From a virus (Duplodnaviria; Heunggongvirae; Uroviricota; Caudoviricetes): DNA of 9,583 bases. Both the position numbers and the translations under genes were made by a program. The notes under the pieces are model-generated. The model searched no databases and was not told the origin of the DNA. It saw only the letters and a list, made by a program, of their open reading frames with translations. Of the stretch, positions 1 to 7,414 are shown one piece after another; positions within the stretch are counted from its first letter, which is position 1, and each line of letters opens with the position of its first letter. The stretch lies in the IMG/VR virus record IMGVR_UViG_2617271049_000002; one strand, 5' to 3'.

Positions 1-12
1 CGCATCCAGCAT
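1..12 (-). CDS. First 4 codons (ATG CTG GAT GCG, M-L-D-A) of the next late gene after U, expected to be the P2 gpD-like tail protein; it runs off the window 5' edge.
   Basis: The ATG (complement of 10-12) overlaps the TAA stop of U (complement of 12-14) as TAATG, the usual coupled junction. Gene order in P2 is FI-FII-E-T-U-D. Only 4 codons are visible, so identity is by synteny alone. Confidence 0.35.
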
Positions 13-491
13 TATCCCGCCCCCGTCATACCCGTGAATTTAGTCGCCATACTGCCAGCCTTACCGATGAGCGATTCCGCCTGTTTACCGATATCGCCAT
101 AAAGCGCGGCCAGTGATTCATCAACGCGGGTGAGCGACAGCGTAAAATCAATTTTCCGGGGTGTGCCGTCTGCAAAGAAAATACTCCCTGTTTCACTCAC
201 CCTGCTGATGACATACATGCCGTAAATCATGCCGGTGCCATCCAGCAACGGCCACGCCCGGCCTTCCTCTGCCATCAGCCTGAGCGTGGTCATCGTCAGC
301 TTGCCGCCGGTCAGTTCGGGATAAAGCACGCCGGCAAGCGTGATGTTTTCCTCACCCACACCGAGAAACTGGTAGGCATCCCGTTTACCGATACGGGAAT
401 TTGACGGCCAGCGATAATCTGATTCACGCTGCATGGTCTGGTGTGGCAGCGTCTGGCGCATAAAAACAAACATACCTAACGCGAGCATCAT
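12..491 (-). CDS. U: Phage tail protein, P2 gpU-like (159 aa).
   Basis: Complete ORF with ATG at 491. A strong Shine-Dalgarno AAGGAGGTGA lies about 8 nt upstream and overlaps the stop of T. Size and position directly after the tape-measure gene match P2 gpU. Confidence 0.85.
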   Translation of the reverse strand: MMLALGMFVFMRQTLPHQTMQRESDYRWPSNSRIGKRDAYQFLGVGEENITLAGVLYPELTGGKLTMTTLRLMAEEGRAWPLLDGTGMIYGMYVISRVSETGSIFFADGTPRKIDFTLSLTRVDESLAALYGDIGKQAESLIGKAGSMATKFTGMTGAG

Positions 492-505
492 TTTTCGTCA
501 CCTCC

Positions 506-2803
506 TTAACCGTCATGCATCATGCTGGCACGGGCGCGCGCACGTTTATCCCGCTCGTATTTTTCGAGCGCATCCTGTAACTGGCGGTCAAGCTGTGTCC
601 CCGGCGCAGTACCACCGGTCAGGCTGATGTGATATTCGTTTTTACTCTGGTCCACATAAGAGCGGCCAGCCGGTGCCGTAACCGGCTGATAAGCCTGATA
701 GCCTGCATAAGAGCTGGTCGCCGGAATATAACCACCGGTGCCATACGTGGCGGCATTAGTCCTTGCGGCGGTCTGGTCAAGTGTGTCTGACTCTTTGTTG
801 ATGACACCGAGTTTTTCCAGTACCCAGTCAATACCACTGCGCAGTTTGTTGAACGCATTAAGCGGCAGCATCAGCGCGTCAGNNNNNNNNNNGACCGGGG
901 CAATCAGGTTTTTAAACCACTGCCACGCGGCCTGTAACTTTTCACCCAGCCAGTCAAACACCGGTTTAAGTGGCGTGAACAGTTCCCCCACCGGCGCAAA
1001 TGCCGCTTTCAGCCCTTCCACCACACCGCCAAAGAATGCGCTGACAGGCTCCCAGTATTTACGGATAAGCAACGCCCCGGCGACAATGGCAGCCACCACG
1101 GCCACAACCGGCCAGCTAATCGCACCGATGGCCGTCATAACGGCACTACCAACCGTCGTGAAGATTGCCCCCATTGCGCCTGCTGCCGCGATAATGGCAT
1201 TGATGCCGGTGATAACCGGCCAGGCTACAAGACCAATGGCACCGATGATGCCAGTAAGCGCCAGCGCGCCACCGACAATGAGGCCGATGGTTGACGCCAG
1301 TGATTTGTTTTTCTGGATCCAGCCGTCGAGTTTTAACACATACTTTGTGGCCGTCTGCGTGAGCTTACGCAGTGCGCCTTCCTGCTGGTCAAACAGGTCA
1401 GTCCCCACCGCCTCATAAGCGGACTGAAACTCCTTAAAGTCACCGCCAAGGTTGTCCTGCATGATATTTACCAGTTCTGCGGTCTTTCCGTCTGAGGCTT
1501 TAAACGCAGCGGTCAGTTTGTCCAGCTTTCCGGTTGACGCGGCAGTCATCAGCACAGCGGCGGCTGAGCTGGCCTCCTCCCCGAAAATGGTTTTCATGTA
1601 TTCGGCCTGCTGGGCAGTACCGAGCCGGTTTTTCTCAAAACTGGCCTGCATTTCTTTCAGAATGGTGAACAACGGACGCATATTTCCCTTTTTGTCCGAG
1701 GTTTTAACGCCAAGCTCTTTGAGTGCATCCCATGCTTTTCCCGTCGGTGCCTGCAGGCGGCTTAACACGGCACGGCTTCCCGTCCCCGCCATTGAACCGG
1801 TAATTTTTGCATCATGCAGCGCCCCGACCATTGCGGCGGTTTCTTCAATGCTGACACCAGCATTTTTTGCCACAGGTGCGGCATAGGTCAGCGCATCGCT
1901 CATGCCATCAAAATCGGCGGCGGTTTTGTTCATCGTCATGGAGAGAACATCCCCGATATGAGCGACCTTATCGTTTGAAAGCTGAAAGGCGGATTTCATC
2001 CCCATCAGCAGGGCGGCGTTTTCTTCCATCGTGCGACGGTTCGCCAGCGCCATATTCAGCGTGACCGGCGTTGCCGCCTGAATGGCATCAACATCCCCAC
2101 CGGCTTTCGCGATAATAATCTGCGCACCGGCTGCATCATCCGCCGAGGCGGCGGTATTGTCGCCGAGCTGGCGCGCCTGCTTGCGTAGTGCAGCCANNNN
2201 NNNNNNCGCCGCAATCCCCACACCGGCAGCGCCTACTGAGGCCATATTTCCGGCCAGTTCCTTTCCGGCCTGATAACGCTGTTTGACTGCGTTAAGTTTT
2301 GCCTGTTGCACACTGACACGCGCCAGCGCGTCGCGCTGACGGTTAAGCTGTGCGGTGGTTTCACTGATACGGTTTTTCAGTCCCTGCTCATCATGTGCAA
2401 GATTGCGGGTATTAATTCCCACAGCGGCCAGTTCCCGCTGCTGGCGTTTAACGGAATCCGTCAGGCGGTTATATTTCGCCTGTAAGTCCTCCGCCGCTCG
2501 CTTTGCGGATTCCAGCACTTTCGCCTGAGCACGGGTCGGACGTTCGGTGTTTTTAAACTGTGTGGCAAGGGCTTCGGCTTCCTGCCGTGCCTTTTCAAGT
2601 GCATGACCAGTCACGGCAAGCTGTGCACTGGTCTTGCGGAATCCCTCAATACGGGATGCGTGACCGTTCAGCTCGCGCAGTGATTTTTGTGTTTCCCGGA
2701 TATCCCCCGACAGCGACCTGCTCGCTGTGCGGATGGATTTAAACGGGCGGGATGCCTGGTCAACAGCCCTGAGCAATACCTGTAATTTTACATTGTTACT
2801 CAT
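506..2803 (-). CDS. T: Tail tape measure protein, P2 gpT-like (765 codons as assembled, including two 10-N runs).
   Basis: Long ORF directly downstream of E/E'. The N-terminal half is rich in Ala/Gln/Arg/Leu as expected for coiled coil. There is a long Gly/Ala/Ile-rich hydrophobic segment (LIVGGALALTGIIGAIGLVAWPVITGINAIIAAAGAMGAIFTT...) typical of tape-measure proteins. Its ATG at 2803 overlaps the E' stop. Confidence 0.9.
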   Translation of the reverse strand: MSNNVKLQVLLRAVDQASRPFKSIRTASRSLSGDIRETQKSLRELNGHASRIEGFRKTSAQLAVTGHALEKARQEAEALATQFKNTERPTRAQAKVLESAKRAAEDLQAKYNRLTDSVKRQQRELAAVGINTRNLAHDEQGLKNRISETTAQLNRQRDALARVSVQQAKLNAVKQRYQAGKELAGNMASVGAAGVGIAAXXXXAALRKQARQLGDNTAASADDAAGAQIIIAKAGGDVDAIQAATPVTLNMALANRRTMEENAALLMGMKSAFQLSNDKVAHIGDVLSMTMNKTAADFDGMSDALTYAAPVAKNAGVSIEETAAMVGALHDAKITGSMAGTGSRAVLSRLQAPTGKAWDALKELGVKTSDKKGNMRPLFTILKEMQASFEKNRLGTAQQAEYMKTIFGEEASSAAAVLMTAASTGKLDKLTAAFKASDGKTAELVNIMQDNLGGDFKEFQSAYEAVGTDLFDQQEGALRKLTQTATKYVLKLDGWIQKNKSLASTIGLIVGGALALTGIIGAIGLVAWPVITGINAIIAAAGAMGAIFTTVGSAVMTAIGAISWPVVAVVAAIVAGALLIRKYWEPVSAFFGGVVEGLKAAFAPVGELFTPLKPVFDWLGEKLQAAWQWFKNLIAPVXXXXDALMLPLNAFNKLRSGIDWVLEKLGVINKESDTLDQTAARTNAATYGTGGYIPATSSYAGYQAYQPVTAPAGRSYVDQSKNEYHISLTGGTAPGTQLDRQLQDALEKYERDKRARARASMMHDG
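883..892. other. Run of 10 N (unresolved or masked bases) inside T.
   Basis: Literal nnnnnnnnnn in the sequence; the T reading frame continues across it. Confidence 0.99.
2197..2206. other. Run of 10 N (unresolved or masked bases) inside T.
   Basis: Literal nnnnnnnnnn in the sequence; the T reading frame continues across it. Confidence 0.99.
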
Positions 2804-3223
2804 TCGTGTTTCCGCTTCGCCGGAGCGCCTTTTCGCGCCATGTGATGAGTTCGGTCAGGCTCATGGGATACAGTTCTGATGGCGGCCAGTGAAATATCAC
2901 TGCCACATCCGCCATCAGGTCATCGACCGAGAGATTTTTTGGAAACGTCACTGCACCGAGTTCGGCGACAAAAAACCGACCACCTTACCGGCCAGCGCCA
3001 CAAGGTCAGGCAGTTCCAGCGCGGCGACTTCCTGCTCGGTCAGCATCGGTGCCGTCATGCGCGGCAGCACCTTAATCAGTGCATCGACTTCGGAGTTCGC
3101 GACCGCTGCCAGACTGACACCGCGCAGCGTCCCGGCATTGGGTTTCATCAGCGTGACCTGTTCGATAATCTGCTCACCACGTTTGACCGGATTGTCCAGG
3201 GTAATGACGTTTTCTTTGTTCAT
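2796..3223 (-). CDS. E+E': Tail assembly chaperone E+E' (about 142 aa), made by a programmed -1 ribosomal frameshift at the slippery heptamer at 2969-2975.
   Basis: After a -1 slip at GGT-TTT-TTG the reading continues VAELGAVTFPKNLSVDDLMADVAVIFHWPPSELYPMSLTELITWREKALRRSGNTNE with no stop for 57 codons. It ends at a TAA (complement of 2796-2798) that overlaps the T start (ATGAGTAAC). This is the arrangement of P2 E/E+E' and lambda G/GT. Confidence 0.75.
2948..3223 (-). CDS. E: Tail assembly chaperone, P2 gpE-like (91 aa); the zero-frame product.
   Basis: ORF MNKENVITLDNPVKRGEQIIEQ...GKVVGFLSPNSVQ. It lies between the tail tube gene and the tape measure gene, the position of the chaperone pair, and matches my recollection of P2 gpE. 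Confidence 0.9.
   Translation of the reverse strand: MNKENVITLDNPVKRGEQIIEQVTLMKPNAGTLRGVSLAAVANSEVDALIKVLPRMTAPMLTEQEVAALELPDLVALAGKVVGFLSPNSVQ
2969..2975 (-). other. Slippery heptamer T TTT TTG (X XXY YYZ) for the -1 frameshift giving E+E'.
   Basis: Minus-strand sequence GTC GGT TTT TTG TCG inside the 3' part of E. The -1 frame is open from here to the T start. Confidence 0.75.
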
Positions 3224-3251
3224 GGTTTTCTCACTTCTGAATCGGGGTTAA

Positions 3252-3272
3252 CCGGTCAGCCAGGCTGACCGG
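3252..3272 (-). promoter_or_regulatory. Perfect 21-bp GC-rich palindrome (CCGGTCAGCC-N-GGCTGACCGG) in the FII-E intergenic region; candidate RNA hairpin (attenuator, partial terminator or mRNA stabiliser).
   Basis: Ten-bp perfect arms around one central base, found by eye. It lies 7 nt after the FII stop and about 28 nt before the E start. There is no clear U-tract after it on the minus strand. Confidence 0.4.
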
Positions 3273-3279
3273 ATGAAAA

Positions 3280-3798
3280 TCACAGGCCGATATTGCGGCG
3301 GTGTTGCTCCAGCCGGTCGACGCCGTTCACCTTCTCAATCATGTTGATGGTGTCAATTTCGACCAGCTCCTTACCGTCCATCGTCAGCCGGAAATAAGTG
3401 CAGACCACGGAGATTTTCGACTCGGTATCTTCTCCCTGTTTCCCCTCGCCGGTGTCGATTTCTTTCTGACGTCCACGCATGACCACCTCGACGGCCACCG
3501 TTTCGCCGGTATCGTCGCGCTGGTAAGAGCCTGCAAAACGAATCGGTACGGCATCCACACCGGTTGCGGCGTAAAGTTCCCAGATAACCGAATCCGGGAA
3601 GCCCCCGAGCGACCACTCCATTGACAGCGCATCGTCATCAAGGCCGAGGTCTACCGGTGCGCTGCCGTTCATCCCCGCACCGCGATAGTTTTCGAGCTTA
3701 CGGGTCAGTTTTGGCAGCGTGACGGACTTTGCAACGCCCTGATAGCTGTAGCCGTTCAGAAAGACGTTCATTAACTTGAGTTTGCGCGGCATTGCCAT
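3280..3798 (-). CDS. FII: Tail tube protein, P2 gpFII-like (172 aa).
   Basis: Complete ORF with a GGAG Shine-Dalgarno immediately after the FI stop. Size and position after the sheath gene fit P2 FII. Confidence 0.9.
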   Translation of the reverse strand: MAMPRKLKLMNVFLNGYSYQGVAKSVTLPKLTRKLENYRGAGMNGSAPVDLGLDDDALSMEWSLGGFPDSVIWELYAATGVDAVPIRFAGSYQRDDTGETVAVEVVMRGRQKEIDTGEGKQGEDTESKISVVCTYFRLTMDGKELVEIDTINMIEKVNGVDRLEQHRRNIGL

Positions 3799-3810
3799 CG
3801 GTCAGGCTCC

Positions 3811-5001
3811 TTAATTGCTGTTAACCGAGGTGACCAGATTTGCCAGATATTTATCAGTAATACGCTGGCGCAGGGTCAGGTTTTCGAGAGGAGGCACCGG
3901 GGTATAGTCATAGTCGATATACAGTTTTCCGGCCTTGAGGGTTTCCGCATCGTTGGATTCTTCGCTGAACCAGCAGGTCGCATCCACGATATAGCCGTTT
4001 GTTTTCAGCTCACGGAATTTGGCATTGATGCCGTCAACGATGTCGCGAATCAGCGTTGCGGTGATGGGCTTATCCACCGCCCACATGTGCGCCTCAGCCA
4101 TCGTGTCGGCCAGCACCTGCGCGGTGCGGGTGTAGTTTTCAAAGAGGAACAGTGGGTCATCAGAGCAGGTACGGTTACCCCAGAAGCGGAAACCGTCACG
4201 GCGAATCAGCGTTGTGACACCTGACTCGTTCAACAGGTCAGCATCGGTGCCGGACTCCTGCAAATCCCAGAATACAGAGGCGCTGATGCCGGTAACACCG
4301 TTTACCCCGACATTGGACAGCGTTTTATGCCAGCCCTGCTCCTGGTCGATTTTAGCGCGCAGACCCAGCGCACGGGCGGTGGCATACGCGGTGGCGGTGG
4401 TGCTGCTGACCGTATCCCATGCGAGGAAATCCGGCCAGATGACCATCAGCTCACGCTGGCTGAAATTCTGGCGGTAGGCTTTCACCTCGGAAATAGTCTT
4501 ACAGCCCCATGCGCTGATATATCCGAAAGCGCGCAGCTTCTGACAGACGGATGCCAGTGCAACAGCCACCTCTTTGGTATCCAGTCCCGGCACACCGAGA
4601 ATACGCGGTTTAACACCGGTTACCGACTCCGCCGCCAGCAGGGCTTTCAGTCCGGTGTACTGACCGTTTTCGTCGGTGGTGCCGATGATATTGGAAACGG
4701 TCTGCGCGAGTTTCGTTTCTTCGTCATCGCCGGTGCCGTCTTCCACGCGCACGACAACGGTGACCGGTTTTGACTGGTCGGCGATGGCCTGCAACGATGC
4801 CGCCAGCGTGCCTTTTTTACCGGCCTTTGCAATTGCGCTCTGCACATTGGTAATCAGCACAGGTTTATTGAGGGGGAAGGTTTCCGCATCCGCATCGCTG
4901 GCCGTGCAGACCATGCCGACAATGGCCGTGGATACGGTGGAAATGACGCGGGTGCCGTCGTTAATCTCCAGCACCTGCACGCCGTGATGATAGTCGCTCA
5001 T
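3811..5001 (-). CDS. FI: Contractile tail sheath protein, P2 gpFI-like (396 aa).
   Basis: Complete ORF MSDYHHGVQVLEINDGTRVISTV...YLANLVTSVNSN, which I recognise as near-identical to P2 FI. GGAG lies 9 nt upstream of the ATG. Confidence 0.92.
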   Translation of the reverse strand: MSDYHHGVQVLEINDGTRVISTVSTAIVGMVCTASDADAETFPLNKPVLITNVQSAIAKAGKKGTLAASLQAIADQSKPVTVVVRVEDGTGDDEETKLAQTVSNIIGTTDENGQYTGLKALLAAESVTGVKPRILGVPGLDTKEVAVALASVCQKLRAFGYISAWGCKTISEVKAYRQNFSQRELMVIWPDFLAWDTVSSTTATAYATARALGLRAKIDQEQGWHKTLSNVGVNGVTGISASVFWDLQESGTDADLLNESGVTTLIRRDGFRFWGNRTCSDDPLFLFENYTRTAQVLADTMAEAHMWAVDKPITATLIRDIVDGINAKFRELKTNGYIVDATCWFSEESNDAETLKAGKLYIDYDYTPVPPLENLTLRQRITDKYLANLVTSVNSN

Positions 5002-5093
5002 CCGTTTAACTCCGTGGTTAATGGGTGCAACTATTTTCTGTTGTGCAGAGCATGAGACGCTATTTGACCTGGCTGGTCAGGGGATGAAACAAC

Positions 5094-5123
5094 AGATAAA
5101 GAAAATGCGGGCAATTCGCCCGC
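5094..5123 (-). terminator. Rho-independent terminator for minus-strand transcripts leaving the cargo cassette.
   Basis: Minus-strand sequence GCGGGC-GAATT-GCCCGC followed by ATTTTCTTTATCTGTT: a 6-bp GC stem, 5-nt loop and U-rich tail. It lies about 155 nt downstream of the cargo gene B stop and about 95 nt upstream of the FI start. Confidence 0.6.
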
Positions 5124-5184
5124 CTGTCCTGATTTGTACTCACTCATTTTCCGCCTGACAATTTACATAGCCCAAATGCTATCA

Positions 5185-5219
5185 AATCTGACAGTCTGCT
5201 TTGAGCGAGGAGCGGAAGT
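5185..5219. repeat. Left copy of a 35-bp imperfect inverted repeat that brackets the AT-rich cargo (AATCTGACAGTC-TGCTTTGAGCG-AGGAGCGGAAGT).
   Basis: It matches the reverse complement of 7458-7492 at 31 of 35 positions: two perfect 12-mers separated by an 11-mer with 7/11 identity. It sits at the GC/AT composition boundary. Confidence 0.8.
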
Positions 5220-5276
5220 TCGCTTTGCTCCCGTGTTAATAGTGGGTATTAATCAATCGGGAGCATAACCATAGAA

Positions 5277-6434
5277 TTAGCTGTTTGATTCAGCATCAGC
5301 AACTTTTCTATATTTAGTAAGCAATTCTACTTTACGTAATTCAATCTCACGCATAATGTTTGATTGAATATCATGTATTTTAGAGGGCGACGCACCTTTA
5401 ACCTTTATATTTATAAAGGTAATGCACAATTCAGGATTAACAGGGGTTTTTCTTCCATATTCACTAAACTCGTATGCAACCTTACATTCACCTGAATAGG
5501 ATTCATAGCTAATTGTGTAACTTGCGACAACCTTAGTAACACGTACATACGGGTGTATGTGTTTCCATTTGATAGATATTATATTCTCTAGATTTCCTTT
5601 GACTCTATACTGGTCAATATCTTTTTCGAGAAAATTAGTCACAGCATCTGATTGTTTTTCGTAACCAGTAGAATGATCCGGATTAAAATGAACATCATCT
5701 ATTTTTTGATGGTAGAATAAGTATCCAATATGAAGGGATGCTAATTCATTAAGGAATTTTACTCTGTTTTCATTTTCAAAATCATCCATCAGAACTCTAC
5801 CTCGATGAGGCGAATGTTCAATTATATTATTTCTTTCCAAATGCTCCTCTATCAAGGTTATGACATTTTCAGCTATTTCTTTAGTTTCCGGAGATGTGTG
5901 ATTTAGTTTTACATTCATTAAAAGCTGGGAGTTACCAGTGATGCCATTAACGTCTTTCTTGATTTCCACAGATCCTTTAAAGAACTTCTCAGTTATATAC
6001 CAATCATCTAGAATATCTGTCTTGCAAATTTCGAACTCCATTATTACGGAATTATTACTTCTACCATCTAGAGATGTAAAATCGCTAAAATCTGATATCT
6101 CATAATTAATGTAACCATTTTTTGTGATTTTACTAACATCTACAAACCCACTAACTTCACCAAGCAAATCAACATCTTGCTTAAGATCAAAATTCCTGAA
6201 ATTTACTTTATCTAATTTTTCCTTTGTTTTAATACTGCTTAGTAAATCATAAGATTCATCAGGGCTTAGTAAAGAGGTGATCAAGTTTGGAACTGTGCCT
6301 GATTTTTCAGACACTCCGCAAAAAAGCCCTCTTTCTTTAAGTAGATTATTGATCATTGTAGAGCTACAGTTCTGCTGGCTCACAAGATTTTTCAGTTCAT
6401 CTCCGGAGGGGATGAAATCAATATCATTTTTCAT
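5277..6434 (-). CDS. Cargo gene B: hypothetical protein of 386 aa (MKNDIDFIPSGDELKNL...RKVADAESNS) with no motif I recognise; second gene of the two-gene cassette.
   Basis: Long ORF in about 30% GC DNA, where stop codons are frequent, so the ORF is very unlikely to be chance. I place the start at the ATG at 6434, which has an AGGAG Shine-Dalgarno (complement of 6443-6447) 8 nt upstream, rather than the TTG at 6470 used by the ORF track. The start overlaps the stop of gene A by 11 nt (ATGAAAAATGA), implying translational coupling. No Walker A motif is visible. Confidence 0.8.
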   Translation of the reverse strand: MKNDIDFIPSGDELKNLVSQQNCSSTMINNLLKERGLFCGVSEKSGTVPNLITSLLSPDESYDLLSSIKTKEKLDKVNFRNFDLKQDVDLLGEVSGFVDVSKITKNGYINYEISDFSDFTSLDGRSNNSVIMEFEICKTDILDDWYITEKFFKGSVEIKKDVNGITGNSQLLMNVKLNHTSPETKEIAENVITLIEEHLERNNIIEHSPHRGRVLMDDFENENRVKFLNELASLHIGYLFYHQKIDDVHFNPDHSTGYEKQSDAVTNFLEKDIDQYRVKGNLENIISIKWKHIHPYVRVTKVVASYTISYESYSGECKVAYEFSEYGRKTPVNPELCITFINIKVKGASPSKIHDIQSNIMREIELRKVELLTKYRKVADAESNS

Positions 6435-7350
6435 CAGAAATGCTCCTGAAGGTGCTATTATAAGAATCAACGATTAATGTAATATCTCCAACGACATCCT
6501 CAGAGCCATCTTCAAAATTTTGCGCCATTTTGACTTCATCAACTGAAGGGGAGTCTGTGAGTTTATTATATTTATTGAAATAAATCTCATAATGATTTGC
6601 GAAATCGGAACAAAGCTTTCTAGCTAATTTATACACCAACCCTAGTGATTCTTTACTGTAATTAAAATCGCAAAGTAATATAAATTTTCGCCCATTATCA
6701 TCAGGCACAGAAATGGGAATTATTGGAGAGGTAATGTATTCAACAGGCATTATTTTAGAATGTCTTGTTGAAGATGAAACATTTAAGGTAGTGTTAAGAC
6801 AGAAAAAAGATATTTCACCATGCTTTTTCTTGATAAAGCTTATCGAGTTGTATAAAAATTTTGCTCTTGCGTTATCAACGAGATGTATGGCGTTGAACTT
6901 GAGGGTAGAATCGATTCTATGATTGATGATTTCACCTTTAATATTATCATTTGAATCGCTTTCATCATTATTTAAATAAAACAAAACCCCAATATCTTCT
7001 TTTCTTGAACTACCTGGAAATTGTCTTGTTATGGTTCTTTTAAACTGGGATTTTGAATAACATTCAATGGTGTGTGCCAAGTCTTTGAAATGTGAGCGAA
7101 AAGTAGTTTTGACTTTATCGTAAGGTACTGATGAATACTTTGCAGAAACAACAACGCTTACTAATGATTGTTTTTGAAGCATAGAGTTGTAGACATACAA
7201 AGCATCTATTCCATGTGTCTTTTTAGCATGTTCTCCCACGCAGCAATCTAATTGCTTGTTACTACATAGGTTTTTCCATCCAAAGAGTTTCAGAAAGTCA
7301 TTGACTATCTCTTCGCCCACCTCGCCGACATATTTTGAGAACTCGCCCAT
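6424..7350 (-). CDS. Cargo gene A: hypothetical protein of 308 aa (MGEFSKYVGEVGEEIV...RSISDEK); first gene of the cassette. The N-terminal ~75 aa may be a nuclease-like module, which is speculative.
   Basis: Long ORF in AT-rich DNA with ATG at 7350. The N-terminal region shows a spacing of acidic helix (GEVGEEIV), then HGID on a hydrophobic stretch, then VVVSAK, which loosely resembles an E...D...(E/Q/S)xK nuclease signature. This is recognition by eye only. Confidence 0.8.
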   Translation of the reverse strand: MGEFSKYVGEVGEEIVNDFLKLFGWKNLCSNKQLDCCVGEHAKKTHGIDALYVYNSMLQKQSLVSVVVSAKYSSVPYDKVKTTFRSHFKDLAHTIECYSKSQFKRTITRQFPGSSRKEDIGVLFYLNNDESDSNDNIKGEIINHRIDSTLKFNAIHLVDNARAKFLYNSISFIKKKHGEISFFCLNTTLNVSSSTRHSKIMPVEYITSPIIPISVPDDNGRKFILLCDFNYSKESLGLVYKLARKLCSDFANHYEIYFNKYNKLTDSPSVDEVKMAQNFEDGSEDVVGDITLIVDSYNSTFRSISDEK

Positions 7351-7385
7351 TACCTAAACCGCCGTCTATTAAATTATAATTCTTT

Positions 7386-7414
7386 ATAGTATTAATCTTA
7401 TTCACATTTATCAA
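7386..7414 (-). promoter_or_regulatory. Candidate sigma-70 promoter for the cargo operon: TTGATA (-35), 17-nt spacer, TACTAT (-10).
   Basis: Hexamers read on the minus strand about 35-65 nt upstream of the gene A ATG. A perfect TATAAT also lies closer to the ATG. The region is AT-rich, so chance matches are likely. Confidence 0.25.

Noticed and set aside
433-2742. Plus-strand ORFs 433-627, 738-1418, 1452-1886, 1867-2064, 2082-2273 and 2560-2742, and minus-strand ORF 619-858.
   Set aside because: All lie inside or across the strongly supported U and T genes in alternative frames. Their translations are low-complexity Ala/Ser/Pro/Thr-rich strings typical of GC-rich antisense frames, and none has a convincing ribosome-binding site.
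2879-3268. Plus-strand ORFs 2879-3268 and 2889-3251 opposite E.
   Set aside because: They are antisense to the well-supported E gene and the E' extension, with Arg/His-rich composition typical of spurious frames.
3301-3641. ORFs 3301-3624 (+), 3371-3616 (-) and 3384-3641 (-) inside the tail tube gene.
   Set aside because: They are wholly nested in FII in other frames, with Arg-rich junk translations.
4214-4987. ORFs 4214-4477 (+), 4327-4773 (+), 4676-4987 (+) and 4647-4847 (-) inside the tail sheath gene.
   Set aside because: They are nested in FI, which is confidently identified, and are alternative-frame artefacts.
5185-5219. Possible relationship of the bracketing inverted repeat to Tn3-family terminal inverted repeats (shared TCTGAC) or to integron attC sites.
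   Set aside because: The similarity to the Tn3 repeat as I remember it is only a hexamer, and the element has neither the internal palindromic organisation nor the core motifs of an attC site. No transposase or integrase gene is present in the window.
6435-6470. N-terminal extension of cargo gene B from the TTG at 6470 (MILIIAPSGAFL...).
   Set aside because: It uses a TTG start without a ribosome-binding site and lies entirely inside gene A, whereas the ATG at 6434 has a canonical AGGAG at the right spacing.
6277-6922. Plus-strand ORFs 6277-6477 and 6713-6922 within the cargo region.
   Set aside because: They are short, antisense to the long cargo ORFs A and B, and lack a Shine-Dalgarno. 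In AT-rich DNA the long minus-strand ORFs are far more significant.
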